From positions 85,374,001 through 85,438,000 of the forward strand of contig NC_091989.1 of the NCBI RefSeq assembly GCF_044704955.1: DNA of 64,000 bases, in the 5' to 3' direction. The position numbers were made by a program, and so were the translations under genes. This stretch comes from Pristiophorus japonicus (lineage: Eukaryota). The notes beneath the pieces are model-generated. The model was not told the origin of the DNA. It made no database searches and saw only the letters and a list, made by a program, of their open reading frames with translations. Of this stretch, positions 11,620 to 23,244 are shown one piece after another. Every line of letters starts with the position of its first letter. Positions within the stretch are counted from its first letter, which is position 1.

Positions 11620-14600
11620 TTTTATGTTTTAAAGTTTAATTTGTTTTAATTGCCAATGTTTTTACTGTCCCCCTCCCCCTTTTATAGGGGGCAATGGGGA
11701 GAAAAAAAAATATGATTTTAGTGCCCAAAAAAACTTGAAAAAAAAACAAAAACACAAAAGAAAAGGGCCTTGGACATGTTTGGTGTGCCCCCCAGATCGG
11801 GGGGACACGATTTCAGGATTAATGATTTAGTTTCCTCCCAGAAGAGTTTTGTGGACATACACTCTAATATCCCTTTGTCCATCAACACTGTTAAGTGGCA
11901 TATCGCTGAATGTATATACCTTTTCCTTATTAGCCCTCCCAACGTGCATTACTTCACACTTCTCTGAATTAAATTCCATTTCGCACTGCTCTGCCCACCT
12001 GACCAGTAGATTGATGTCCTCCTGCAGACCATGACTTTCTTCTTTATTATAAGCCATACAGCCATTTTTAGTGTTGTCTGCAATCATCTTAATCATAATC
12101 CCTCAAATCAATAATAAAACTTCGATATGTGCCACAAAAAGCAAGTGACCCAGTACTGAGCCCTGCGGATCCCCACTGGAAACATCCTTCCAGTCACAAA
12201 AACATCCATCAACCATTTCGCTTTTCTGCCTACCTCTAAGCCAATTTTGGATCAAACTTGCCACTTTGCCCTTTATCCCATGGGCTTTAACCTTCTTGAC
12301 CAGTCTAGCATTTGGGGTGTTATCAAAAGCTTTGCTAAACTCCATAAACACTACAGCTTATGCATTACCTTCATCGACCCTCTTTGTTAACTCGTCAAAA
12401 TATTCAATTACGATCTTCCCATAACAAAATTCCTCCTGACTCCCCTTAATTAATACTTGCCTTTCGAAATATAGATTTACCTGACTTTCAGCAATTTTTC
12501 CAATAATGTCCCCACCACTGAGGTTAGGTTGACAGGCCTGTAATTAAACGGCCTATCCCTTTCACCCTTCTTAAACAAGGGTACTACATTAGCAGTCCAG
12601 TACTCTGACACCATGCCCAAAGCCAATGAGGGCTGGAAAATCATCATCAAGGCCTCTGTTATTTACACTTTTACTTCGCTCAACTTTCCATCCGGGCCTG
12701 GGGAGTAAACTACTTTCAAAGCTGCTAAACCCATTAATACTTCATCTATCACTATATTTATTTCACCCAGAATATCACATCCCTCCGCGATATCAGTATG
12801 TGCATTGCCACTCTTCTTTGTGAAAACAGATGCCAATGATCATCTGTAACAAAGCGTGATGTCATGCACATTGTTATTTTGAACATAAAAGCAATTGAAA
12901 TACATTAAAAGACTGTAAGAACAGAATAAAGTCTATATATTTTCCAAAGTTAAGAGCATTTTCTTATACAATTCCATCTCTAAATGTATGAATGCAGGTG
13001 ATCATTCTGTTGGAATTACTATCGAACACTGTCAATATCAATAATAGCCGCTTATATTGTGACCACCTTAACTCATTATCTTTCTTGCGCATTAAAATGC
13101 TCAAAGTCATGCTGTTCACCATAATATCTTGGGCCACGTTGTTAATAGAGTTAGTCATTCCATGCAGACCTATACCAAAGGGTTCCAGGTACACGTATTT
13201 GTGAAAATTAGTAAATCACAATATCCTTATCGCTAAGAAGAATCATCTCCCCCTTTCCGTGTTCTAAACAGATCAGGTCACCGATAATAATGAAATCATT
13301 GAGCACAATGGCCGTTGCCCAGCTCATTTAATAATCCGGCTTGCAGAGTGCCACATTCCAATGAAATAAACGAAACCGGGCATGGTCCTGAATTCTTGCC
13401 CTAAAATCTGCAGTCTACTTCAGATTCTTCTTGGACAGAGGAGGGCAACGCCGGGCTGCAGTAGCAGCTAGCGAGTCATGCCTTGGTCTAGACCTGAAAG
13501 AGAGGACTCAAGATTGAAGGATCGGGGTTGAACACCACGAGTCGGGACTGATGTTTGGGAGAATTTTTGGAATAGACACTCTACTGGCAGCTGATTTCTG
13601 TTGTCACTATTTGAATGTCTTGTTTACTAAATTGTGATTTTTTTTTTCCAATTTTCAAAATCAGATACAGGATTTTTTGGGCTGATTGTAATTGGTCAGA
13701 AAGAGTTTTCACTGTCCGTAATAGGATTAATAAAATCCCATTATAAAAGTTAACCAGTTGACAATAAATTTTCCAATTGCACAATTCTCACATCGCGCCA
13801 TGTTCATCTCTTTACTTCACAAGTTTTTATGGGCTCTGTGCACGTTCAGTTTCAGGTTACAAAACTTTTTTCGTAGCTGACCTTTTTTTCCATTGAGGCG
13901 ACCCATATTTGTGATCGGCGTTTCTAATTAGAAGACTGGTTTCATCAAGGTGTCTCTCCATGTTTCGGTACATATTTGTGTATTTTATCGTGTGATTTAT
14001 GTGTATCGGTTTTATAGTAAATCTCTGTGGGGAGATTGCATTCACCCTTGACACGCAATTTGTTGAGGAGCCTTGGTCGTGTTCCAGGCTGTTAACTTTA
14101 ATATTGTCGGTTGATGATCTGGGACAGCATTCATCAGTTCCATTATCATGCAATTCCTGAACTGTACTTTTCCAGAAAATATTATACATTTGAAATCTGA
14201 TACAGTCGCCTTGGTCAGAGCTGCTTGGGTATGATCACTTTTTAATGTATGACTGGTGTTGAGCAGGTGATAAACAGCTGCATGTTTCTCCGAATATCTG
14301 TTTTGCAATAGCGAACGCATTAAGTGGCTGGACGAGTTCACAGGGGTCAGGGAGATAAACAGTTTATCAGACATGTAAATTCCGCCAACCAGATGACTCT
14401 CGTGGTCTCCCGGTGAAGATCGGGGAAAGGATTTAATTTGCCATTTGTGCATCATTCAGCAAGTATAAACATTATCAAATCAGAATATGCTCCATCAGTC
14501 ACTCCAACTACAATATAAAAAGTTCGATTTCATAGAATAGAGGCTGATGACACGAGTTTGAATAAATTACAAATATAAAAATAACAATCATTTTCATTTA

Positions 14601-14980
14601 AAAGTGTAGGCACCGGTGGAAAGCAACGATTTGCCATTGTCATGCTTAGCACAAAATGTATCATTACTAAAGTGTAATTGCTAATGAAGTAGGTCTGAAA
14701 CCTAGTATTACGCAATAACACGTGGCCATTATGCACATCTATTTCAATACATGTGTGTGTTATGATACAGCCAATCGTTTTGATCTTCTATCTAATGTTA
14801 AGATGTGGTTCCTATCCATATTTAGCTTTGACCGCCACCTACAAGTTCAACGAAAATGACTGCGCTTATGAAACACAGTTAAGAGCTAGTGTTCTATTCT
14901 TTCCATTATTGCAAAGTTTCCATTGAGTTGCTTTCAACCATTATTATCTCCCTCTAAGCGGTCGTAAGACTTTGATCCGC

Positions 14981-15035
14981 ATGTTCCTGACAACTGTCGC
15001 TCAGTACGTGTGGCTGTTATTGATCATGCTTACAG
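14981..15035 (+). CDS. IgSF VJ-C1 receptor gene, exon 1 (leader peptide)
   Basis: ATG at 14981 gives hydrophobic MFLTTVAQYVWLLLIMLT. A phase-1 donor G|gtata at 15036 opens an 83-nt intron that splices in frame to the V exon. Confidence 0.8.
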
Positions 15036-15118
15036 GTATATTTTGTTTTTTTTTCTTTCATTTTCCATGCTCCACGATATGTGTCACTAGTCTTTCTATA
15101 CATATTTTTTCTTGACAG

Positions 15119-15436
15119 CTGATGCTGATGCTGTATACAAAGTATTCCAAACCCCTGAATATACGAAAGTGATCGCTGGTGTGAACATTATATTTAATTG
15201 CACATTTCGCTCTTCGAAACATAATCCAGTCGTGGATACTTATTGGTGGATACTGGGCGAAAAAACATTTCTTCAATCGGGGTCAAACAGCAGAATGAAA
15301 TGTAACTTTGACGAAGGAAAGTCGTCCCTGGAGCTTTTATCTACCAAAGTCAAGGATTCTGGGGTCTATTACTGTGGAATGACATATCAGGGAAACAGAA
15401 TGGAAAATGGCACTGGGTCCAGACTTGTTGTTCATG
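15119..15436 (+). CDS. IgSF VJ-C1 receptor gene, exon 2 (germline-joined VJ-type V domain)
   Basis: Acceptor ttttttcttgacag and donor G|gtgagt, phase 1/1. Shows B-strand Cys (FNCTF), C-strand Trp (YWW), DSGVYYC and a J-like G strand GTGSRLVV, all in one exon. Confidence 0.92.
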
Positions 15437-16145
15437 GTGAGTGCTGATTGCTGATCCCCGTGACGAATTCAAATCAATTCTACTCATCACAATCGAATTT
15501 TTAATAATATTTCAAATTATCAGTGTTAATATCCGCAGGCCGTCTCACATTAATCCATGGTAAATTCGACGGAAGAGCATCAGAAACCTGCAAAAAGTGC
15601 CGTTTTATACTATGAGACATAATTGTAGTGGATTATGTTTGTATACGTATTATCATTGTAAAGTCTGGCAGTTATATATTGCTGCATGCTGGTAAAAAAA
15701 ATTACCTGTTTAATTTGCCAGTTAACCACAGTGATATGATTTGATCTGCTTTGTTTATATTTACCCGCATAACATCATTTCAGTGAGATTTATTCAACAG
15801 TCTTACAGACGGCTTTTTAACATGAGCAAAGCACGAGAAGGAAACAAAAGACAATTCCTTAATCGCTGCTCTGTCATCCACAACAGTAATTTTTAAGTTG
15901 ACAATGTGTGTTGTTTTTTTTTGCATAGATAATTATTCTAGTTATGCATTACTTTTAAATTATTCCGTATTTGATTATGTGTTTTTTGTCCTAATTACAA
16001 AAAGACGCATTTAACGCTGTCTGTATCTACCTTGGGATGTTTAAAGTAATTCAGCATTTTAAATTTATGGAACAAAAATATAATAGTGTCCTCAATTTAA
16101 ACAACAAAGGAAGATTAAATAATTTCCGACTAACATGTTCTATAG

Positions 16146-16454
16146 CTTCCCCAGCTCCGTTATGGATTTTAACGAAAATAGCTGAAGAGAACTCATCTGC
16201 TCCGACTCTCATCTGCAAAACGACTGTGTTCTTCCCGGGGTCTCTCACCTTCACCTGGTATGAATATCACACGAACATAATGACTGAAATCAACCCCATT
16301 AAGAATCTGAATTCGGAGCGAATGTTTGAAGCTTCCACCAGTTTGGTAGCGCCACAGCCAGCCCAGAGCGGTGCTATATATACCTGTGTGGCGTTTCATG
16401 TCACACTGCAGAATCCAGCCATGGCTGTCTACATTGATGGCAAGTTTAATCCAA
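16146..16454 (+). CDS. IgSF VJ-C1 receptor gene, exon 3 (C1-set domain)
   Basis: Acceptor ttctatag and donor A|gtaaga, phase 1/1. TLICKTTVFFPGSLTFTWY fits the C1 pattern C-x4-F-(Y/F)-P-x2-(I/L)-x3-W. YTCVAFHVTL fits YxCxxxH. Confidence 0.88.
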
Positions 16455-16624
16455 GTAAGATCCTGACAATTTTACAGATACAGAGAACTGCTGCTAACAG
16501 TTACATTTATTTTTGATCATCAATGTTCGAAACAGCCATAACAATTAACTACATTTAGAAAGAGTTGTAATGGCAAAATCACTAAATTCACTCGTTTCGA
16601 TACTAGGAAGATAGAAAACACATT

Positions 16625-19146
16625 TTCTTTTGAAAGAGATGGCTATAGAGATAGTAGATGCATTGGTTGGCATCTTCCAAAATTGCATAGATTCGAGAAC
16701 GCTTCCCACAAATTGCAAGCAAATACAACTTCGCTATTTAAGAAAGGAGGGATAGAGAAAAAGGGGAAATACAGACCTGTTAGCCTGACATCAGCAATAG
16801 GGAAAATGCTCGAATGTATTGTTAAGCACGTGACAACAGGGCAATTAGAAAATAGTAATAGGATTGGGCAGAATCAACATGGAGGGTTGAAATGGAAACC
16901 AAGTTTAAGACATCTGTTAGACAACTTTTTCCTCAGCTATTGCTGGTCATCAAATATTTACAATCTGTATTAATGACTTGAATGAAGGGACCGAGTGTAA
17001 TGTAGGCAAGTTTGCTGATGATACAAGATGGGTGGGAAAGCAAATTGTGAGGAGGACACACACAATCATCAAAGGGAGAAAGACAGGCGAGTGAGTGGGC
17101 GAAATTTGGGCAGATGGACTGTAATGTTGGAAAAAGTGAGGTTATCCACTTTGGCTGAAATAATAGAAAAGCAAATTATAATTTAAATGGAGAAAAAGTG
17201 CAAAGTGCTGCAGTACAGAGAGACCTGTGGGTCCTTGTGCATGAAACAAAAAAGTTAGTATACAGGTAGAACAATAATCAGGAAGGCAAATGGAATGTTG
17301 GCATTTATTGTAAGGGGATAGAGTGTAAATGCAGAGAAGTCCTGCTAAAAGTGTACAGGTTATTGGTGAGGACACACCTGGAGTACTGCGTACAGTTTGG
17401 GTCTCCACATTTAAGGAAGGATAGACTTGCATTGGAGGCTGTTCAGAGAAGCTTCACTAGGTTTTTTTCGGAGATGAGGGGGTTGACTTGTGAGCATAGG
17501 TTGAATAGGTTGGTGCTATATATTGAGTTCAGAAGAATGAGAGGTGATCTTATTGAAACTTATAAGATAATTAGGTAGCAGGACAAGCTAGATGTGGAGA
17601 AAACATTTCCAATCATAGGCGAAACTGAAACGAGGGGACAGAGTCTTAGAATAAGTGGCCGTACATTTAAAACTGAGATGAGGAAACATTTCTTCTCACA
17701 GAGAGTTATACAACTATGGAATTCTCTGCCCTCAGGAATGTGGAGACTGGACAATTTAATACCTTTAAAGCGGAAATAGACCAATTTTTGATCGATAAGG
17801 GAGTAAATTGTTATGCAGAGCGGGCAGAAAAGTGGAGCTCAGCCTTGTTTTTCCAATGGCGCAGCAGATTTGGCGGGTGGGGGGATGGTCTACTCGTGTT
17901 CCTCTTTCTTACGTTCTTATTTTCTTATCTTTGAGGTTGTAACTAGCAAAATAAACAAGTGGGTCCAGTGAATGTAGCGCAGTTGGATTTTCAGAAAGCA
18001 TTCGATAAGCTGCCATGCAAGATGTTATTGAACAAAATTAGCGACCATTGTATTTGGGGTAATATGGATTGACAATTGCTTTCCAGACAGAAAACATAGC
18101 GTAGGAATAAAGGCCGATTTTTGGGTTGGCAGGCTGTAACTAGTGGGTTGCCACAAGGATCTGTGCTTGGACATCAGCTATTAAGAATCGATATCAATGA
18201 TTTAGATGAGGGGACTACATGTATTATTTCCAAGTTTGCTGATTATACAAAGCTAGGTGGGGATGTAAGTTGTGAGGAGGATGTAAAAAGAGTTCAAGAG
18301 GATATAGTCAGAGTAAGTTAGTGGGCAAGAACATGGCAATTAAAATATAAAATATAAAATATAAAATAAGATGTGCGAAGTTTTACACTTTGCTAGGAAA
18401 AATGGAAAAGCAGAGTATTTTTTAAGTGTTGAGATATTGGGAAATGTTGGCATTTAGAGGGACCTGGGTGTCCTTGTAGATGAAACAATGAAAGTTAACT
18501 AGCAGGTATAGCAAGCAATTAAGACATTAAATGGTATTTTATCCTTTATTACAAGAGGATCTGAGTATGCGTAAAGACATCATTCTGTAATCATATAGGG
18601 CCCCGGTGAAAACGCACCTTGAGTATTGTGTACAGTTCTGTTCTCTATATTTGCCATTGACAGAGTGCACCGAAGGTTCATCAGTCTGATTTCTGGGATG
18701 GGGTTATTGACCTCTAAGGATATATTGAGTAGACTATTCTTTAGAGTTTAGAAGAATGAGAGGTGATCTTACAGAAATATATACAATTCTTAAAGGGCTT
18801 GATTGTATAGATGAAGTGAGGATGTTTCCGCTGGCTGATGAGTCTAGAACCATGGGTCACAGTCTCAGAATAAGGGGTCAACCAACTAGGACTGAGATGA
18901 TGGGAAATATTCACTCAGAGGGTCGTGAATCCTTGGAGTTCTCTACCCCAGTGGAGGCTCAGTCTTTGACTATGTTCAAGACAGATTGGTAGAATTTCGA
19001 AGATTAAGGGAATGAGTAATATGGGGAGAGTGCAGGAAAGTGGAGTTGCGGAAGTAGACTAGCCATGATCTTATTGAATGGTCACGTGGCCGAATGGTCA
19101 CGTGGCCGAATGCCCGACTCCTGCTCCTAATTCTTATGTTCTTATG
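16625..19146 (+). mobile_element. Degenerate CR1 (16625-16930 and 17930-19146) with a second CR1 nested inside (about 16931-17928)
   Basis: Outer copy: [14 protein letters not shown], resuming with FEVVTS...PQGSVLG, tail ttcttatgttcttatg at 19146. Inner copy: LVRTHLEYCVQF and FRRMRGDLIE, tail ttcttattttcttat at about 17915-17928. Confidence 0.85.
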
Positions 19147-21116
19147 ACACTCCATCTCAAATAGAAAAATAGAAACAGAGAAACATAGAAATTTACAGCG
19201 CGGAAAGAGGCCATTTCCGCGCATCGTGTCTACGCTGGCCGACAAAGAGCTGCTGGCCCTACATCAGCTGCCGTGAAGGTTACATACAAACCCATCAACA
19301 ATAACGGAAAGGCAAAGAGCACCCAGCCCAACCAGTCCGCCCCACACCACTGCAACACCCCTTATAATAAAAACATCTACACCCCACTACAACTGGAGCA
19401 ATATGATCTCCTGGGAGAGAAAGAAAAAACACATAAAAACCCAGGCCAATTTAGGGAGAAAAAATCTGGGAAAATTCCTCTCCGACACATCGGGGCGATC
19501 GAAATTGGTCCAGGAGATCACCCTGGTCGTATTCTATTCTCTGCAGTACTCACCATTATAACTGTGCCGACCAAAAAAAGGTCATTTGGTCTAATCACAA
19601 TTACAAGCTCTAGGTACGTAACCCTGCAGGTTACGACACTTTATGTGCCCTTCCAACCATCTCTTAAAAGTGATGAAGATTTCTCCATCCAGCACTCTTC
19701 CAGGCAGCGAGTTCCAGATCCCCACAACCCTCTGTGTAAAGAAGCTCCCTTTCAAATCCCGTCTAAACCTTCCACCAACCAGCTTAAAACTATGCCCCCT
19801 CGTAATAGCCCTAACCACCATTCGAAAGAGAAGCTTAAAATCCTCTATGTCCCGGAGCCTCACTATTTTGTACACTCGATGAGGTCTCCTCTCAACCTCC
19901 TCTGTTCCAATCAGAACAAACACAGCTTATCCAATCTGTCCTCATAACTAATATTCTCTATTCCAGGCAGCAGCCTAGTAAATCTCCCCTGCACCATCTC
20001 TAGTACATTCATTTCCTTCCGATAATACAGTGACCAGAAATGCACGCAGTACTCCAGCTGTGGCCCAACCAACATATTATCCAATTTACGCATAACTTCT
20101 CTGCTCTTATATTGTATTCTTTGGCCAATAAAGACAAGCATTCCCTATGCATTCTTACCCACCTTATCCACCTGGCCTGCCACTTTCAGGGAATCTGTGG
20201 ACCAGTAGTGGAGCTTTGGAGGCATGGCCTATTCAGTTGGAGCTGTGCTGTGGTGAGAGAAGGAACTCCCTGCTGAAGCTCCTGTCTGGAAGGCCTGGAG
20301 TGAGCCCTGAGACCAGCCCAGGAAGAGGAGGAAAGGGCTGGCTTACTGCAGTTCAACATCCAGAGGGAGAGGAGGAGAGCAGAAAAATGTATCAACTTTA
20401 TTACTGCTACAAAGAGTTGGAGAGATGGGGAAAAGAACAACAACCTGTGTGGAAGGAGGGAGATTCTACAACATTCTACAGGTGGGTGTTGGTGCATTCC
20501 CCGAAAGACATTGTTTTATTGGTGGGGGGAGAAAAGAAGATTTTCTTCGAGGCCCGGAACATCGCGGGGGGTGTGTGTGTGGAAGTGGGATCTTGCTTAC
20601 AGCTAGGCCCACACACCAATGACGCACCCCTCCTCCATTGCCTAGCCTGGGATAGCTGGAGCTACCTGGCTGAAGATTTACTAATCACCCAAATAAACAT
20701 CGTTGGGAGTGTGTGCCTGGGTGGCTCCAGCTGTCCCAGGTGAAGGCATCTTCTCCTCCCACCTGAAGACCATCCCATAAGACTGTGCCTTGCTTTGTTT
20801 TCCATCATCTAGGGAGTGCGGCCCAGAAAAACACCTACCCATCGCTGTGAGGGGAGACCTGCCCTCACAGCTTCCCTCTTCCCCGCCCCTGCACTCGCTC
20901 TGTCTCTCCCTTCTCTCTCTGAGAGCTCCTTTTCTCCTTAATTGGAAAACAATTAAGACAACTGAGCAGAGGGAGCAAGGCCCCTCCCCAATTGTCAACT
21001 AGGGGAGAGGTGTGCCTCATTGAGAGCTCCTCTGCTCATAAATTCAAACAAGGCCAATTTAAGACCATTAAGGCCTGTGACTCTGGGGTGGGTGTAGCCC
21101 TTAAAGTGACCCCGTG

Positions 21117-23219
21117 ATGGCGACTCCATCCATGCCGGTGGCAGGGCCAGCTAAGACTTATGCGCAGGCGGTGTCTGCATCCACGGCACCTCCTGCGCCT
21201 TCTGCTGCCCTGCCACCATTCAGACTAATTACTAAGAAACACGGGGTCAAGGACTACACTCACCCCACAATGAGCATCAAGGAGGGCGTGCGGGCGATGG
21301 CTGGGGTAGTCGGCCCCTCGGCCATTGTCCTGGCCTCCAAGATGTCTGGGAAGGCTGTATTCTTCCTGGGGTCGGAGCGGGCAGTGTCCCTGGCCCTTGA
21401 AAAGGGGCTCACGGTGGGCGGGACGTTCCTGCTGGTGGACCCTCTCGAGGCCACCGTGCAGAGGGTCATCATTTCAAACGTCCCGCCCTTTGTTCCCACT
21501 GAGCTCCTCCTCCCTCACCTGCACCAACTGGGGGAGGTAAGGTCAGGGATCAACCCCATACCGCTCGGCCTCAGGGCGAACAGCCTGCGCCACGTCTTCT
21601 CCTTCCGCTGCCAGCTCTTTGTCCGGCTGGCGCGAGAGGAGACAACAGAGGGATAATTTAAAGTGGTGCCCGAGGGGACTGCCTACCGCGTCTTCTGGAT
21701 GTCGGATGGCGTGCGGTGCCATGCCTGTAGGGAGGTGGGGCACGTTCGCAAGAACTGCCCCGCCTCCAAAGCTGCCAAACCACCGAAGGCGGCCAAGGCT
21801 GGGGCCGCCGCCACCCCTCCCCCTAGTAGCGTCCGCGTGCCGGGAGCCGTAGGTGCGCGGGCATCGTCGGGGGCCTTTGTTTTCTCGGCCTCGGGCGGGG
21901 GGGAGGGAGAGCGTCCGATGGGGAGGAAGGCGCGGAGGAAGGCGAAACATCTCGAGGCGGGTCCCCTCAGTGCGCCAGAAATTTTGACCACCGCACTCAG
22001 CCCAACCCAGTCATCGGAGAGCGCGGGGTGCCCTGAGCCCGTGCCCGAGCCCTTGACCAATACCGCAGAGGGGCTCGGGCGCGGGCAAGATAAGAAAAAG
22101 GGGGGTGCGGAGCGGGAGGCCTCGGCAGACATGGAGGTCTCCCTGCCTCCGCGCACCCCCAGGAACAAAAGGAGGCGCCGCTCCAATGAGGCGGAGGGGG
22201 AACAACATCCTTCCACGGAGCAGTTGGTGCCCGCCGCGTGTCCCGCGTCCCCCACCAGCGCCCCCAAACTGCGCCGTAGATGGGAGGAATCTGTCCCCGG
22301 GGAGGGAGGGGCGGTCGAGGCTGCCCAGCCTCTGCCTCCCGGGGATGGCGTGGAGGATCTGCCTGTCGTGGGGGGCGTGGGGCCAGCAGAGGAATACGAT
22401 GCCGCCGGGTCGAGCGTCCCGGGGACTGAGGCGGGCGGGGCCGAAAAGGCTGAACCTGAGTCCGCCCAGCCAATATCCAACTTCCCCCGGGACTTGCTCG
22501 ACTCGGCAGAAATAAACAGTATTAACAATTTTAATGAATCTGTACACTCTGGGCAGGGGGGTGGTGGCGGGGAGGGAGAAGAACACCAACCCTCACCCCC
22601 TACTTTGGAGCTGGGGTACTTGGAGGACCTGGAACATTACTTTGACCTGGTCTCTCCGTGTTCCCCGGTTCCTGGGACGGAGGAGGAACCCCTTCCGCTG
22701 TCACTTCCTGACCCAGCACCGCTGTTAAAAGAGCCCAGTGGGGACTCCTCTGTCGACGATCCTGGGGGTGGGATCGGGGTAGAGCCAGGGTCGGATAGAG
22801 CGGTCGGGCCTTTTGCCGTACCTCGTGTGGTCCACGGGCCGGCTGCTAGCGGCGACCTCCTGGAGGGGGACGGGGACTCGGTGGAGGACGCGGGTGAAGA
22901 TCTCGAGTCCATCGCCAGTGAGGCAGTGGATCTCCTTGTGCCCGCCGCTGAGTCACCCCTCATTCCCGTAGAAGAACTCCGGGACTTTTTGGTCCAGAGC
23001 CAGGGTCGCCGCAACCGAACCCATCTGGCCCAAGAAAGATGGTCCGAGCCGGGGTTGCTCATCGCTTCCGTCCGCGTCACCGCTAAAACTATGGCCGCGG
23101 GCGGGCCCTTATCAAAGGCTCAAGGCCTTGAGCTGCGCCGGCTCAAAAAGTTTCTCGCTGGGCTGCTGAAGGAGTGGAGGTCAACAAACGACTCCACTCC
23201 ACCCCCCACAATAGGTTGG
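21117..23219 (+). pseudogene. Tx1 ORF1, copy 2
   Basis: Intact knuckle CHACREVGHVRKNC (Cx2Cx4Hx4C). One frameshift at about 21652. The position of the copy-1 stop (TAG) reads TGG here. Confidence 0.9.
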
Positions 23220-23244
23220 TTAGAGGTTGCATTATGCTTTTGTC

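Larger units (their letters stand above)
4557..11847 (+). mobile_element. Tx1-clade (L1 superfamily) non-LTR retrotransposon, copy 1, near full length (about 7.3 kb), defective
   Basis: About 1.07 kb 5'UTR, then ORF1, ORF2 (APE-RT-CCHC) and a 3'UTR ending AAGAGT. Flanked by TCTGTGGAC (4548-4556) and TTTGTGGAC (11848-11856). GC/CpG-rich against an AT-rich background. Confidence 0.95.
3521..12833 (-). mobile_element. 5'-truncated CR1 LINE (host 1), split by Tx1 copy 1
   Basis: The 3' tail (agaaacatcgaaac) is at 3521, followed by a long 3'UTR. CR1 RT motifs on the minus strand: RRLRGDFIEVY, VRPQLESC, FNSEKCEVMH, FSKAFD, PQGSVLG. Target-site duplication CAATGAT at 3514-3520 and 12834-12840. Confidence 0.9.

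Noticed and set aside
13857-14455. Minus-strand ORFs of 110 and 137 aa upstream of the receptor gene
   Set aside because: No recognisable domain or convincing exon structure.
15727-15765. CACAGTG heptamer downstream of the V exon as a recombination signal sequence
   Set aside because: It lies about 290 nt from the exon, has no credible nonamer at 12 or 23 spacing, and the V exon already contains its J-like strand.
19076-19112. 16-bp tandem duplication gaatggtcacgtggcc
   Set aside because: Ordinary slippage within a CR1 3'UTR.
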